Notes under the pieces: model-generated
The model's input: the letters and a program-made list of their open reading frames with translations, nothing else
The model's database searches: none
What the model was told of the DNA's origin: nothing
Part shown: in pieces, positions 37,346 to 49,936 of the stretch
Layout of the letters: each line of letters opens with the position of its first letter
How positions within the stretch are numbered: position 1 is the first letter of the stretch
Translations under genes and position numbers: made by a program
NCBI GenBank assembly: GCA_964016885.1
Contig: OZ024743.1
Location: 163,370,001-163,434,000, forward strand
Reading direction: 5' to 3'
Source: Eledone cirrhosa
Lineage: Eukaryota
Length of the DNA: 64,000 nucleotides

Positions 37346-38317
37346 GAGAAAAGTGGGAAGGAAAATAGCTCCGAGGGTGTGAGGAGGAGTGGTGGAAAGA
37401 CATTAAAAAGGGGGGGGGGGTTAAGGGGAAGGGAAAAAAATTGAAAGGAGGGTAAAAAAATTAAAATTAAAAAAGTGGTGAAAGGGTGTGAGGCATGTAG
37501 GGGTGGTGGTGGGTGAATGGAAGGGGAAGAGGGGAGAAGGAGATAGGGGGTCCGAGCGGGGAGGGTGGAAGGTGGTGTGTGTATATGTGTGGATGCGAGT
37601 GTGAGAGTTTGGGGAAGAGCGAGGTTCCATGTTCAGGTAATAGGAAAACCAGTGTGTACATGGGGTGGGTGTAAATCGGTGTGTGTGCGTATGTGGAGGG
37701 AGAGAGCTCTGAGGGGGTGGGGTAGAGGGATGTGCGGAGTCCGGAGGCCGAGTATCTGTATGTGAGGATATGCACGTGTGTGTGTGTTTGTATGGTGTGA
37801 ATACATGGGAATGTATGGTTGCGTGTGTGCAAAAATAGTGTAAGTATTTGTGTGTGTGTTCTTGAATGTTTTCCCGGTGAGTCTATGGACAGATGGTAAA
37901 AAATCCGAGTATAAGAATGTGGATGTTTGGAACGTGTGACCAGTGGTGTAGAATCCGTGGAATGGTGCAGAGGAAGTAGAGAGTTGTGGGGGTGCGCGCA
38001 AAACAGGAAGTGGTCAAGAAGGTCAAGACAGGCGGTGGAGAAGGCAGGGCGAAGGATGAGAGAGAGAGGAGATAGCAGTTAGGAGGATGACAGACATATA
38101 TATATAGACATCGAGGTCAACTTCCATTCTCACTCTCAATCATTCTCTGAAAGAAATCTGCTGTATTCAGGCCTGGAGAGGAGATGGACTCTGCCAGGTT
38201 TAAAAAATGCCCTAGAAATGCTGTATGTGAATATGGTGCCCTTACTCAGTAGTTACAGGACTATGCATGCATATAGATACATATACATACATACACATAC
38301 ATATATATATAAAAGAT

Positions 38318-38429
<112 letters not shown>

Positions 38430-38996
38430 AGAGAGAGAGAGAGAGAAAGAGATAGAGAGAGGGAGAGAGAGAGGGGAGAGAGAGAGAGAAAGCGAGAGAG
38501 AGAAATGTTACAACTAAAGGGGGCTGAAACTCTTCAACTCTTCAGAAACAAAGATGTTGAGATAGAGATACTGAAAACATAATTGAAATTTGTGGGTTAA
38601 ATGCCCAGAGGCCTTTTATGGCTCCTGCAAGGCTAACCCCTACTTTTACAGGGAAAAGGGTTTTTAAATGCTTTCTGCTCTTGCTGCTATAAGAATACAT
38701 TATGAATTAAAGAATGGAATATATAAATTAGTGAAGGCACGTGGTTGAGTGGTTAGAGAATTGAATTTGTAATTGTGAGGTTGCGAGTTCAATTCCCAGA
38801 CAGGGCGATGCATTATGTCCTTGAGCAAGACACTTTATTTCCTGTTGTTCCTTCTACCTGGAGTTGCTACCAATAGATAGTATTAGCAATTGGAAAGACC
38901 AATGGAAACATTGTTTCCTTGGTCCGATTTGAAAAAAGTCGATCGACTGTTGATATATAGATTTATGGGAAAATGGTGACAGTAAATAATACTTAC

Positions 38997-39572
38997 ATCT
39001 GAAATTGACTGAGTTTTTCCAGAAGGATAAACATTGTATATTTTTGAACCTCTTTCATGCTCTCCATTATATATTGGATATTCTGGATAGAAAGATGGGT
39101 ATAGTATTCTACTGTTTAGTCTCTGTATAGGGTACTGCACTCCACTGTTTATTGCTCGTCTGGGGTAGGTAGGTACTCTGTTGATTGGTATTATTCGCCT
39201 TGGATATTGAGGTCTATTATTTGCAACTTGGCTAGGGTACTGCCATCGAATGTGTGGTACTCGAATAGGGAACTGCCCTACAGCATTAGGCACTTGAGCA
39301 GGGTACTGCCCTCCAGTATTAGGCACTTGAGCAGGGTACTGCCCTCCAGTATTAGGCACTTGAGCAGGGTACTGCCCTCCAATTTTAGACCCTTGAGCAG
39401 GGAACTGCCCTCCAGTTTTAGGCACTTGAGCAGGGTACTGCCATCCAGTTTTAGGCACTTGAGCAGGGTACTGCCCTCCAGTTTTAGGCCATTGAGCAGG
39501 GAACTGCCCTCCAGTTTTAGGCACTTGAGCAGGGTACTGCCTTTTAATGTTTGGTACATGTTTGATGTATGC
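38997..39572 (-). CDS. Host gene repeat exon (phase 0->0, 192 aa): AYIKHVPNIKR-(Q[Y/F]PAQVP[K/N]TGG)n...KTQSISD
   Basis: ttctactttgtag|GCATACATC...TCAGAT|gtaagt; 576 nt open; same frame as ORF 38883..39524(-); 33-nt tandem coding repeats. Confidence 0.85.
39150..39540 (-). repeat. Coding minisatellite, 33-bp unit (about 8 conserved plus several degenerate copies)
   Basis: The unit GGCACTTGAGCAGGGTACTGCCCTCCAGTTTTA recurs on + with 33-nt periodicity. Confidence 0.95.
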
Positions 39573-39759
39573 CTACAAAGTAGAATTTACAATTAGTGGA
39601 TTTCAAATATGGAAATTTTCAGTTAAATAGAATTAAAAAGGAACAAATCTAGACTTTGCGGTTGGGCAAACATGTCTTGCTCATATTCTCCATATATTTA
39701 CATGGTTTCTACAGCTTGATGCCCTTCCTAACACCAACCACTTTACATATTTGGCCAAA

Positions 39760-40110
39760 ATGTGATAGTTGAAGCAAACCTTATAATGGTAAACTTCCTG
39801 GACATCACACTTAAATTTAAATCAAAATCATACGAGCTCAATCCAATCACCCACTAAGCATCAGTAAGAAGATAACTTCATCATTCTCACAATGAAGTCA
39901 CCTTTTAAAAAGTCTCAGTGTACTGCAGCTAGACACTATCATGTAACTAATACCAAGAAGTAATCAAGTACTTACCATCTAGCAACTATGCTAAAAACAC
40001 TAGAAAGAGTGTAAAAAAATAGTTTTGTAAAACATTTTCTCTCCCTAATCAAAAATATTTCCTGAATGGGCATCAATTCCTCCAGCTCTTTAACAAATTG
40101 GTGTAAAAAT
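39760..40110 (+). mobile_element. Highly decayed Penelope RT C-terminal fragment
   Basis: ANLIMVNFLDITL, SNHP-like and HQF.QLFN motifs. Confidence 0.55.
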
Positions 40111-40294
40111 ACAAGTTTCACAAGCTCAGACATAGCTGTGTGGTAGAGTTTTCTTTACAACCCTGTGTGGCTCTGAGATCACTCCCTCTGTGTGGCAACC
40201 TCGACAAATGTCTCTTACTAAAGCCTAAGGTTGTCTAATGCCTTCTGAATGGAATTTCATTGATGGAAACTGTAGATATATATATATATATATC

Positions 40295-40625
40295 ATCATC
40301 ATCATCATCATCATTTTACGTCCGCTTTTCCCTGCTTGCAAGGGTGGGATGGGAACTGATTCTGGCTTGATTTCTACAGCTGGATGCCCTTCCTAACACC
40401 AACCTCATTTACAGTGAGTGCTGGGTGCTTTCTTTTTGCCGTGGCACCTCCACGACCCCTTTGCAGTGAATGATAGGGACCCCAGTCCTATCATCTCATT
40501 TCTACAGCTGAGTAAACTGGAGCAATGTGAAATAAAGTGTCTTGCTCAAGGAAACAACACATCACCCGGTCTGAGAATTGAACTCACAACCTTCCAATTG
40601 CAAGCCCAATGCTCTAACCACTAAT
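40295..40625 (-). mobile_element. tRNA/CORE-like SINE with an RTE-derived 3' tail
   Basis: Head TGGTTAGAG..GTGAGTTCAATTC; CORE-like CCTTGAGCAAGACACTT; tail AAGCACCCAGCACTCACTGTAAATGAGG...GGACGTAAAATGATG. Near-identical copy at 53875-54212. Confidence 0.85.
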
Positions 40626-40851
40626 CGACAAGATCCCAGACTTCATTCGCTTAACGAGTGGAGTGGAGCTCGTCCTATCAGACTGAGGAAATAATATTTC
40701 CATTGGTCTCTCCAATTGTTAATACTATCTGTCGGTTGCAACTCCAGGCAGAAGAGGCAATGTAAAATAAAGTGTCTTATATATATATATACTTCCTTTT
40801 TGAATTTGTTTTGCAAGATTTCTTATCTGAAAACGTGTGTTGAAACAAGTA

Positions 40852-43790
40852 TTGTTATACTTTGAGAGGATCATGTTGCCAATAAATGGCAGCACTACCG
40901 TTGATCCTGATGAAATGTCCGTCCTACAGCTACCACCTAAATATGCCACAAATAGTAAGGTAAATAGGATAGAATGCTTACCTGTGATAAAAAAAAAATA
41001 AGATAGAGTCTAAAAAACAAAATTCACATCAACAACATGAACAATGATAACAACAGACACACAACACATAATATTCCTCCCATCACAAGGCACATTCCAA
41101 CAACAACAAACACATAGACACAGACAACAGGTTTGAAAATAACAGTGACACAGAGGGAAAGGACAGGAGAAACAATGAGAGACATAGAAGCAACCGTGAA
41201 GCTGTTGGTGGAAGTAGAGACAACAACCCAATTGATACTAACAACATAGTAAACAATACACCCTGGAATTTCACCTTCTATGATCCATCCGATAAGTCCT
41301 TCAACATGCAATGCATTTATCCTACGATGCCTTCTTTTAACAAACGATCGTGTCTACTGCCACAAGCTGATGACCAAATGGAGGCACAATCTACAATAGC
41401 CAGAAATAAACTTAAAAAGGTTCTAGAACAGCATAGCAGGAAACAGAATAGAATGGAGGCCCAGCAACTGGGGGGAAATCTGCAAATGGCTTGCATAAGC
41501 TCATGCAGCGCTCACGAAATGGAGAGATTGTATGCTTTCAAACAGACAAGTCTGGCAGAATGTCAGTTGACAGTCTGCCAAACTACATCCAGGCAATGCA
41601 ATCCCAAATCAACACAAGACAAGTAACACCACAAGAGTATGAGGAAAGGGAAAAAAAACCTCAACGCTCATATGATGATGTGGACTAATATAATGCAGCC
41701 TAATAAGCGGACTGCCAATAAATTCCAGGCCTGGAACAATGATGTACCTACACTGTATGGGATTTGCAAAGACCACAAGGCAAATAGTGATCCAGTTACA
41801 GGACCACCAACAGGACCAGTCTGTGGAGCTAACATTGCTAGCAACTACAGACTCTCCTACTTCCTCTCCATGATCATATGCCCTATCATCGAAATGTCCC
41901 CAGAAAAATGTGACAGCATAGAGGACCTCCTCAGCAGAATCAGCAAATGCAACGTGTCTAGTGACCTAACAGGCTGTACAATAGGTAGCATGGATGTAGT
42001 GTCACTATACCCATCAATCAACGTTGATTGTGCTGAGAAAAAATGCATAGAAATGATCAGCGAGAGTGGAATTCTGTGAGATTGATACCAGTGAGCTGGG
42101 CCTCCTACTTAAACTCACATACAATAAGGAATACTTAGACACACATAACCTCAGCAGCCTCTGCCCCACAAGGCCAGAAAGAGGCAGACCACCCACCATT
42201 ACTTCAATGGCCAAGATGGCTCACACAGAAAGATGGAGCAGGTGGACCAGAGCCATATGGACACCCCAAAAACCATGATGAATTAAAGAAAATGATTGCA
42301 CATGTGGTGGGGGCCAGTATAAAACTAACCCTTGAGGAATGTATGTTCAAGTTTAATGGCAAAACATTTACCCAAGAGGAGGGAGCAGCCATTGGCATTA
42401 GCATTGCAGGTGACATAGCTAACCTCTTTATGGTATGGTGGGACAGAAGACTTAAGGAACACTTAGATGAGAATTTTATAACCCTGACTATGTACTTCCA
42501 CTGCGTAGATGACATAAACATCATAGTAAAAACATCCCCACAAGAGAACAGTCAGGAATTTATAGGAGAACACCATAGAAAGCATCCAGCAAATAGATAA
42601 CTCCATCCACCAGAGTATTAAAGTTACCATAGACTACCCAACTAAACACCCCAACCATAGATTACCTGTACTAGACACAGAACTCTGGTTAACTTTGATA
42701 ACTTTGATAGGTTTCAACCAGTATTAATTTCTAACTTTAGAAACTATTAATTATAGAACGCAAATTTTCCATTTGCATTATGCCAAACCCATGACACCAA
42801 ATACCTGATCGACCGAAACTCAGCTGTCTTGGATCAACATACTGTTTGCGGATTCAATAAAAGTGATGAGGAACGTGTCCCACATGTGCAATCCTAAAGA
42901 ATTAGAGAGACACATACAACACTTCATCCACCGCATGCAGTTCTCTCGCTACAATCAGAGAGACAAGATCAGGGTATATAAAGAAGCCAGGACCAAATGG
43001 GCAAAGATTGTAGAAAATGATGCAAATGGGACTGGCTCCATGTATAGGACCAAATTTTGGAATAGAATAGAAAGAATCAGGAATAAGGCAAATAAAATAA
43101 ACTCATGATATGATAGCAATAAATACCAGAGTGTAATGTTCGTCAATACAACCCCTAGAGGCAAACTAGCTTACAGAATTAGAAGGGCTCTAGACAAACT
43201 CAAATTAAATATTAAGATAGTTAAAAGACCAGGTATTCCCATAAAAGCTCTAATTAATAAAACATATCCATTTCAAAGAACCCCCTGCACTGATAGGAAA
43301 TACATAGTCTGCAAGCTAAGCCCGCAAACTAACTGAAAAGCCAAAAACGTAGTATATAGCATAAGATGTACTGAGAGACAGTGTAGGAATAAGAACACAA
43401 CATATATATAGGTGAAACATAGGAGCAAAAATAAGTAAACACTGTTTAGAACTCCAAGATGGGGAAAACTCATCAGTACTCCCCCAACATGCCCAAATAG
43501 AACATAGGGGCACATTAGAGAACATAGAGATAAAAATTATATCCACACAGAAAAGATACAATGCTCAGACAAATTACAGAGGCGACAAACATAAACGAAC
43601 TCCAACCAAAATTAAACAGAAAGCATGAGTGGTATAGCAACACCACAACTAGTAATTAAGCTTTGACAATATATAAACAACCATCCGGTTATTGAACCAA
43701 CCAACTGGAAATTTATAATAAATTGAAGTGAAAACCAACAGGTGTGCGTGTTTTTATTGGCAGCATGACCCTCCCAAAGTATAACAAAAT
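40852..43790 (+). mobile_element. Decayed Penelope-like element (RT and GIY-YIG) with inverted terminal segments
   Basis: QTDKSGR, GPPT.PVCGA, IGSMDVVSLYPSI, FNGKTFTQEEGAAIG, CVDDI, NVVYSIRC..YIGET. About 50 bp at 40852-40902 is inverted at 43737-43788. Confidence 0.88.
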
Positions 43791-43796
43791 ATATAC

Positions 43797-44733
43797 ATAC
43801 AAGCCATGTATAGAGGAACAGTCAGCAAGGTTAGAATTAACACTAAATATAGTGAACAATTTAGTGTAAAAGTAGGTGTTCACCAAGGCTCCGTCCTTAG
43901 CCCCCCCCCCCCCCCCCCCGTTTATTATTGCCCTACAGGCTATAACAGAAAAGTTTAGAACTTCTATATGCAGATGATCTAACTCTCATAGCTGAATCTA
44001 TGGCTGAACTAGAGAAGAAATTCCAAAAATGGAAGCATGGCCTAGAATCAAAAAGCCTTAAAGTTAACTTGTCTAAGACTAAAGTTCTAGTATGTAGAAA
44101 GGAAAATAGGGCACAGGTTCCCTCTGGGAAATGGCTATGCTCAGTGTGTAAGAAAGGAGTAAGTAAAAATTCCATTCTACGCCCCAAATGCAAGCTATGA
44201 GTACATAACAGGTGTAGTGGGATCGCAGGCAAGCTATCTGAGAATGTAGATTTTATATGTGATATGTATGAAGGACGACAGCTGTATAAAAAAGTGCAGA
44301 GCAATCAAAATTGATGGAAGATACAGAGTAGGTAGACCTAGAAAAACCTGGGACAACATGATAAAATCCAACCTTGCACACTTAAACCTCTCTAAGACAA
44401 TGTCATTGGATCGGGATCTTTGGTGCTATGCAGTTATACAGAAGACCCACCTTCCCTTATGTTCAAAGTTAAACCTACAGTCAGTAGGCACCTCTTAATC
44501 AAATATACACCCCAATCCACTACCCCTACTCCATCCTCCCACTCCCACCAACACCACCCTTTCTCTGTAAAGTTATGTTGGTACCACAACATCCAGTCCA
44601 AACTAAGGAGGTTGTGTAGGTGACACGACAAAAAGCACCCAGTCCACACTGTAAATGTGGTTGGTGTTAGGAAGGGCATCCAGCCATGCTAGCGTGGAAG
44701 ATGGATGTTAAACGATGATGATGATGATGATGA
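43797..44733 (+). mobile_element. Truncated, internally deleted RTE LINE 3' part
   Basis: QAMYRGTVSKVR, VGVHQGSVLS, MAELEKKFQ..., (GAT)n tail. Confidence 0.9.
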
Positions 44734-44926
44734 TATGGGTTGCGAGAGTTCCTGGACTGTAGCACTGCTTGGAACAAAGAAGGGCTGGCCATAACTTGAA
44801 TGCCTTTGATCATATGTCTGCTCAATCAGAGTTTAACTACTCTTCCTCCACAGCTACAACAGCAATAAACAACAGCTTTAAATACATATCTTTACAAATG
44901 TTGAATTATGTAGGAAACTGTCTCAC

Positions 44927-45046
44927 CTTGTTTCTTTGGTTTGGCCAATATCGATAGTTCCTTCTAGGCCTTTCTACTCTGGCTCGGATCCTGATATGAG
45001 GCGCTGATTTCTTCACATTTTCAGATGAGGATTCAGGTAGTTCTGT
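44927..45046 (-). CDS. Host gene exon (phase 0->0): TELPESSSENVKKSAPHIRIRARVERPRRNYRYWPNQRNK, with furin-type RPRR
   Basis: ttggtcttacag|ACAGAACTA...AACAAG|gtgaga; 120 nt with no stops; phase-compatible with both neighbouring exons. Confidence 0.8.
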
Positions 45047-45092
45047 CTGTAAGACCAACATATCACCATCATCAGCATCATCCTCAATTTAC

Positions 45093-45147
<55 letters not shown>

Positions 45148-45848
45148 GTTATTGTTGTTGTTGTTGTTGTTGTGGTTGTTGTGGTTGTTGTTGTTAAGGT
45201 AGTGGATTAGCAGAATTAGTAGAGGTTCGGACAAAATGCTTTGTGGCATATTGTTACTGCGCTTTCGTTTCTGAAATCAAATCCTGCCGAGGTTAACTTT
45301 GCTTTTCATCCTTTGAGGTCAATAAAATAAAGTACTAGTAAGGGATAGTTGCTGGCCTTGTGCCTAAAGTAGAAACAATTATTATTGTTTGTTTTTCCTC
45401 TTCCTTCAGTATTGTTTCCTTTTTTTGCCGAGTGTCTTCCTGACAACCAGGGCAAATAAACTCACTGTATACATTTTAAAATATATATATATTCAAAAAA
45501 GGAAAAGAATGACTTCACTTGTAGTTCTAAACAATTTAATTTAATTTCATATTAAAATTATACAATTTGGCTTTGTAGATCTAATAAGTTCTTTGTTAAC
45601 TTTGGGGGGATTTTTTTGTGGCAATTTTCAAACTGATCTCAAGTTGTATTGTGGTGTGTGACTATATATTATAAGAGATTTGGGTGTGTCTGGGGGGAGT
45701 TGTTAGTGAGTGTGGGAGTGAAGGAGTGTGGAATAAGATTTAAAGGAATTAAATGTATTATATGTATGTTTATATATATATATGTGTGTATGTGTGTGTG
45801 TGTGTATATGTGCATATATGTGTGGATATGTGTATGTATGTGTGTATG

Positions 45849-45881
<33 letters not shown>

Positions 45882-46671
45882 ATGTATATGTACATATATA
45901 TATGTGTGTGTATGTATATATATGTAAGTATATATGTGTGAGCACATGTGCATGTGTAAATATATGGGTATGTATGAACTAGAACAAAGGTTCTCAACCT
46001 ATTTCGACCAAACGACCCCTTTTTCCCCTCAAAATCACGACCCCCCCCCCTCTATTTTTCCATTTTTCAATATGCTACTGATTTTGATATCAGTAGATTA
46101 CTGGGCCAAACCAAGTTGTGTTAGAATCTTTAAAAAGATCTTTAAAAAATACTCGTACCAATTAAATACAAACAAGTTTCAGTCCAAAACAAAAGCAAGC
46201 TATTTCAAATTATATATTTTAAAAAAAAATGACATGAATGTTCTCAAAGATTTTGAGTGGATAGACAATTCTACAATTCAAACTGTAAAGTCAAAATACA
46301 AAAGATGCAAAATATGAAGAAATTCTTACCTTTCTCTTGAATCACAAACTCAAACGAAAAATAGTACCTTGCAAAATAAAGTGCCTCGATTACAAACTTT
46401 GTGCAACAAATAAATTGACATGCTTGGTGACAGTGAACAAACAATATCTGTATACTTATATATATATATATATACATAGATAGATACACACACACATACA
46501 CGCATGCACGCACACTAACACACACACACACACACATACGCACACACACATACACACACAAACAAACTTGTGTGTCTGTGAGTGCCTTGATTTTGGGTAC
46601 AGACAGAATTTTGTCTCCAGTTTTTATTGCCAGGTCAAATAACAACGCCATATATATATATATATACCGCA

Positions 46672-46940
46672 AGGTGGTCGTGGAGGTGCCACAGAAAAAA
46701 AGCACCCAGCCCACACTGTAAAGTGGACGTGTAGGCGCCACGGAAAAAAGTACCCAGCACTCACTGTAAATGAGGTTGGTGTTAGGTAGGGCATCCAGCT
46801 GTAGAAACCAAGCCAAATCAGTTCCTGTATGAGCAAGGCATGGTCAGCCGACCAGACACTGCCCACAACAGGACAACCCGTCTAACCCATGCTAGCGTGG
46901 AAGAACGGACGTAAAACGGTGATGATGATGATGATGATGA
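46672..46940 (+). mobile_element. RTE 3' UTR fragment with (GAT)n tail
   Basis: Matches 9700-9920 and 56035-56258. Confidence 0.85.
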
Positions 46941-47181
46941 TAGGGAGAGAGAGAGAGAGAGAGAGAGAGAAAGAAAGAGGGAGAGAGACAGAGAGAGAGA
47001 GAGAGAGAGAAAGAAAGAGGGAGAGAGACAGAGAGAGTAAGAAATGTGTGTGTGTGTTTGGTACACATCTATCTATCTATCTATCTCTCCAACAGGGGGC
47101 TCAAACATGCGGCCCGCGAACTACTTTTCTATGGCCCGTGGTAGAACCAATATTTCAGATTCCATTATAACTGGTGAAAAT

Positions 47182-47618
47182 AAGGCGGTGAGATGGTGGA
47201 ATCGTTAGCACTGTGAGTATGGTGTGGTGTGCGGTGGCCGGAAGCTGGGGAGTGCTCGACCGGAAGGGCCAGCAGGTCGGCCTCTCTCTAGTGGTGATCA
47301 GGAATGTGGTGGACGCGAGTTTGGCAGCTCCCGGTGTTAATCAGTTGGACGCACGTGGAAGAGGAGAAACCAGTGATGGGATTTAGTGGCACCTATGAAA
47401 AGCGGTAAGTGAGATAGCTTTTTCTAACCACAAGCACATCTGGCGAAATGCTTAGCGGTACTTCCGTTTTTACGTTCTGAGTTCAAATTCCGCCAATCTC
47501 AACTTTGCCTTTCATCCTTTTGGGGTCGATAAATGAAGAACCAGTTGTGAACTGGGATCGATGTAATCGACAGGACCCTAAACCCCAAATTTCATGCCTT
47601 GTGCCTATAGTAGAAATG
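47182..47618 (+). mobile_element. tRNA-derived SINE with an 18-bp TSD, inserted in a hAT-like MITE end (CAGGGGGCTCAAAC at ~47092)
   Basis: TSD ATTATAACTGGTGAAAAT at 47164-47181 and 47619-47636; B-box GAGTTCAAATTCC. Confidence 0.88.
47212..47432. mobile_element. Solo LTR (221 bp) inserted in the SINE
   Basis: TGTG...CACA termini; 5-bp TSD AGCAC at 47207-47211 and 47433-47437. Confidence 0.85.
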
Positions 47619-47644
47619 ATTATAACTGGTGAAAATGATCTTTA

Positions 47645-48922
47645 TCTGACCAAAACGGGCGCGTGTTGCTCGAACCCGAGCAAATGTGTGAAGCTTTTCA
47701 GCAGCACTTTGCTGAACTGTTCGGGAGCAGCGGCGGGCCGGATCGAGGTATGGACTTCAGTGCACACCTCGATGGACTGCCTTGGCTCTCGACGACCGCA
47801 GCACAGTGTTGCGAAAAGCCAATAACAACTGGTGAAATACGGGAAGCGATGGCTAACTGCACGAGGGGTAAATTGCCATGTTTGGATGGTCTGCCCTACG
47901 AGCTTTATGCCTTTATGCCAGACTTGTTCAGTGACCTCTTGGCAGACGTCTACTGCAACTGGCAGCAGAATGGGAGCATTCCCTGTTTTGTGAGCCGGGG
48001 AGCGGTGGCGCTGCTGAGTAAAGACCCGAACAAGGGGGATGTTATCGATAACTTCAGGCCCATAACCCTGCTAAACGCAGAGTTCAAGATTTTGGCCAAG
48101 GTGTTAGCAATGAGGTTGGCACTTGTCGTCAAGGGTCTGGTGGGAGAGGCGCAGACATGCACCATTCCGGACAGATCCATACACGACAACCTCCACCTCA
48201 TGCGATACATCATAGAGAGGGTGGTTAAGGAACCTGGCACGGGTGGGAACCTGATCAACTTGGATCAATCCAAAGCATTCAATAGAGTCAACCATCGGTA
48301 CCTGGCGGCGGTCCCCGGGCAGCCGGTTTTGGGCCTGTTTTCAGGGGTTGGATCGCTGCGATGTACAGCGACATCTGCTCAGTTGTGATGTTGAACGGTC
48401 ACCTGTCACAGCCATTCAGCATCATGTGCTCGGTCCGCCAGGGTTGTCCCCTCTCGTCCCTCTTGTACGTATTGGCTCTCGAGCCGTTACTGCACAAACT
48501 GGGGGCGATGAGGCGTGTCCCACACGAACTAGGATGCAGGAAATCTGAGTCGGCTTATGCTGACGACGTCACCATGGTGGTGTCGAGCACCAGACATGTC
48601 CAGATGCTCGGCACCGCTCTCAAGGAATACGAAGCGGTGACAGGAACAAAGATAAACCATGAAAAGTCAGTGGGCTTGCAGCTCAGCACCTGGAGAGGCA
48701 AGTCCATGCCATCCGCCAGCGTCGTGGGGGCATTGGACGGACGGACCGGTTAAATTGCTCGGGGTCTGGTTTGGACTGGACCTCCAGATGGAGAAAAACT
48801 GGAGCGAGATGATGAGCAAAGTGGCTTCCCTCACCCAGAAACGGGCCGAGAGAAAGCTGTCCCTGAAAGGCCTGGCGGAGGTGGCGAATGCGTACATCCG
48901 TCATCTGCTACCGCCTCACCGT
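47645..48922 (+). mobile_element. Internal fragment of Tx1-clade ORF2 (RT)
   Basis: ORFs 47663-48388 and 48361-48753: LDGLPYELY, FRPITLLN, VRQGCPLS, AYADDV. Confidence 0.93.
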
Positions 48923-49317
48923 TTATTATTATTATTTGACATTAATGGTAGTGCTGGCTCTGCAACACTACCAATCCAACATCTCCGACATCACCAACAA
49001 AACTTACCTACCAACACCATCAAAACATTATCACTAAACCCCAAACACAACCAAATAGCAGATAAAAGGCCTATCTTGAGATGTCACCTGGCTTTTAAAT
49101 CAAAACCACTTTAAAACACATTATCAATGCCATTTAGATAAACAAAAAATGTAAAGAGAAAAACATAGTACACAGCCATTAAATGTGACCCCCACCCCAA
49201 TTTCCTTACCTTTATTCTCCTCTCACTAAATTTATATCTTAAGGTTGGATAGGCATTTGCTATTGAGGTTGTTTGTTTTATTATCATATTCTTTTTGTTA
49301 TTATTATTATTATTATT

Positions 49318-49899
49318 AAGGGTAGGGAGATGGCAGAATTGGTAGAGCATTAGGCAACTTGCTTTTTGGCATTTGTTCCTACTCTTTACATTTTGAGTTC
49401 AGACCCTGCCAAAGTCAACTTTGCCTTTCATCCTTCTGAGGTTAATAAAATTAAAAATAACGTTAGTTTAATCAACTGTACCATTCCCTGAAATTTACTG
49501 GTCTTGTGCCTAAATGAAAAATTATCATTATCAGTAATGCATTGGGTAATTGCTGGCCTTGTGCCAAAAGTAGAAACAATTATTATTTTATCGATCCCTT
49601 ACGGGGTCGATAAAATAAAGCACCAGCAACGTAATGGGTCAATTTAATTGACTTTCCCCTCCCACCAAAAATTGCTGGCCTTGTGCCTATATAAGAAACC
49701 ATTATTATTACAGGTGGTAGTTTGGCAGTATCGGTAGAGGGTCGGACAACATGTTTTGTAGCACAGAGTTACGTCCCTTTCTGATCTGAGTTCAAATGCC
49801 GCCGAGGTTAACTTTGCCTTTCATCCTTACAGGGTCAATAAAATAAAGTACCAGTAATGCACAGGGGTAATTGCTGGCCTTGTGCCAAAAGTAGAAAAA

Positions 49900-49935
<36 letters not shown>
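49318..49935 (+). mobile_element. Cluster of tRNA-derived SINEs with (ATT)n tails
   Basis: Same family as 9985-10330, 36220-36425 and 45200-45385: GGCAG.AT.GGTAGAG A-box, GAGTTCAAAT B-box, CTTTGCCTTTCATCC..GGGTCGATAAAATAAAG.ACCAG central domain. Confidence 0.85.

Positions 49936-49936
<1 letters not shown>

Noticed and set aside
39207-39596. Alternative-frame repeat ORFs (RHLSRVLPSS on +; LLKCLKLEGST on -)
   Set aside because: Shadows of the 33-bp repeat; only the QYPAQ frame matches the splice phases of the neighbouring exons.
40907-40930. CTGATGA motif as a hammerhead
   Set aside because: No stem II or GAAA follows; it lies in Penelope coding sequence. Other partial cores (about 18130, 36545, 57440) are too degenerate to call.
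45649-45997. Multiple overlapping His/Tyr/Val/Cys-rich ORFs (also 6330, 25323, 30487, 36391, 38267, 55239)
   Set aside because: Translations of (TA)/(TG)/(GA)/(AAT) microsatellites.
46330-46367. AG...GTAAGA-bounded segment on minus
   Set aside because: Stops in the two compatible frames; lies in DNA-transposon-like sequence.
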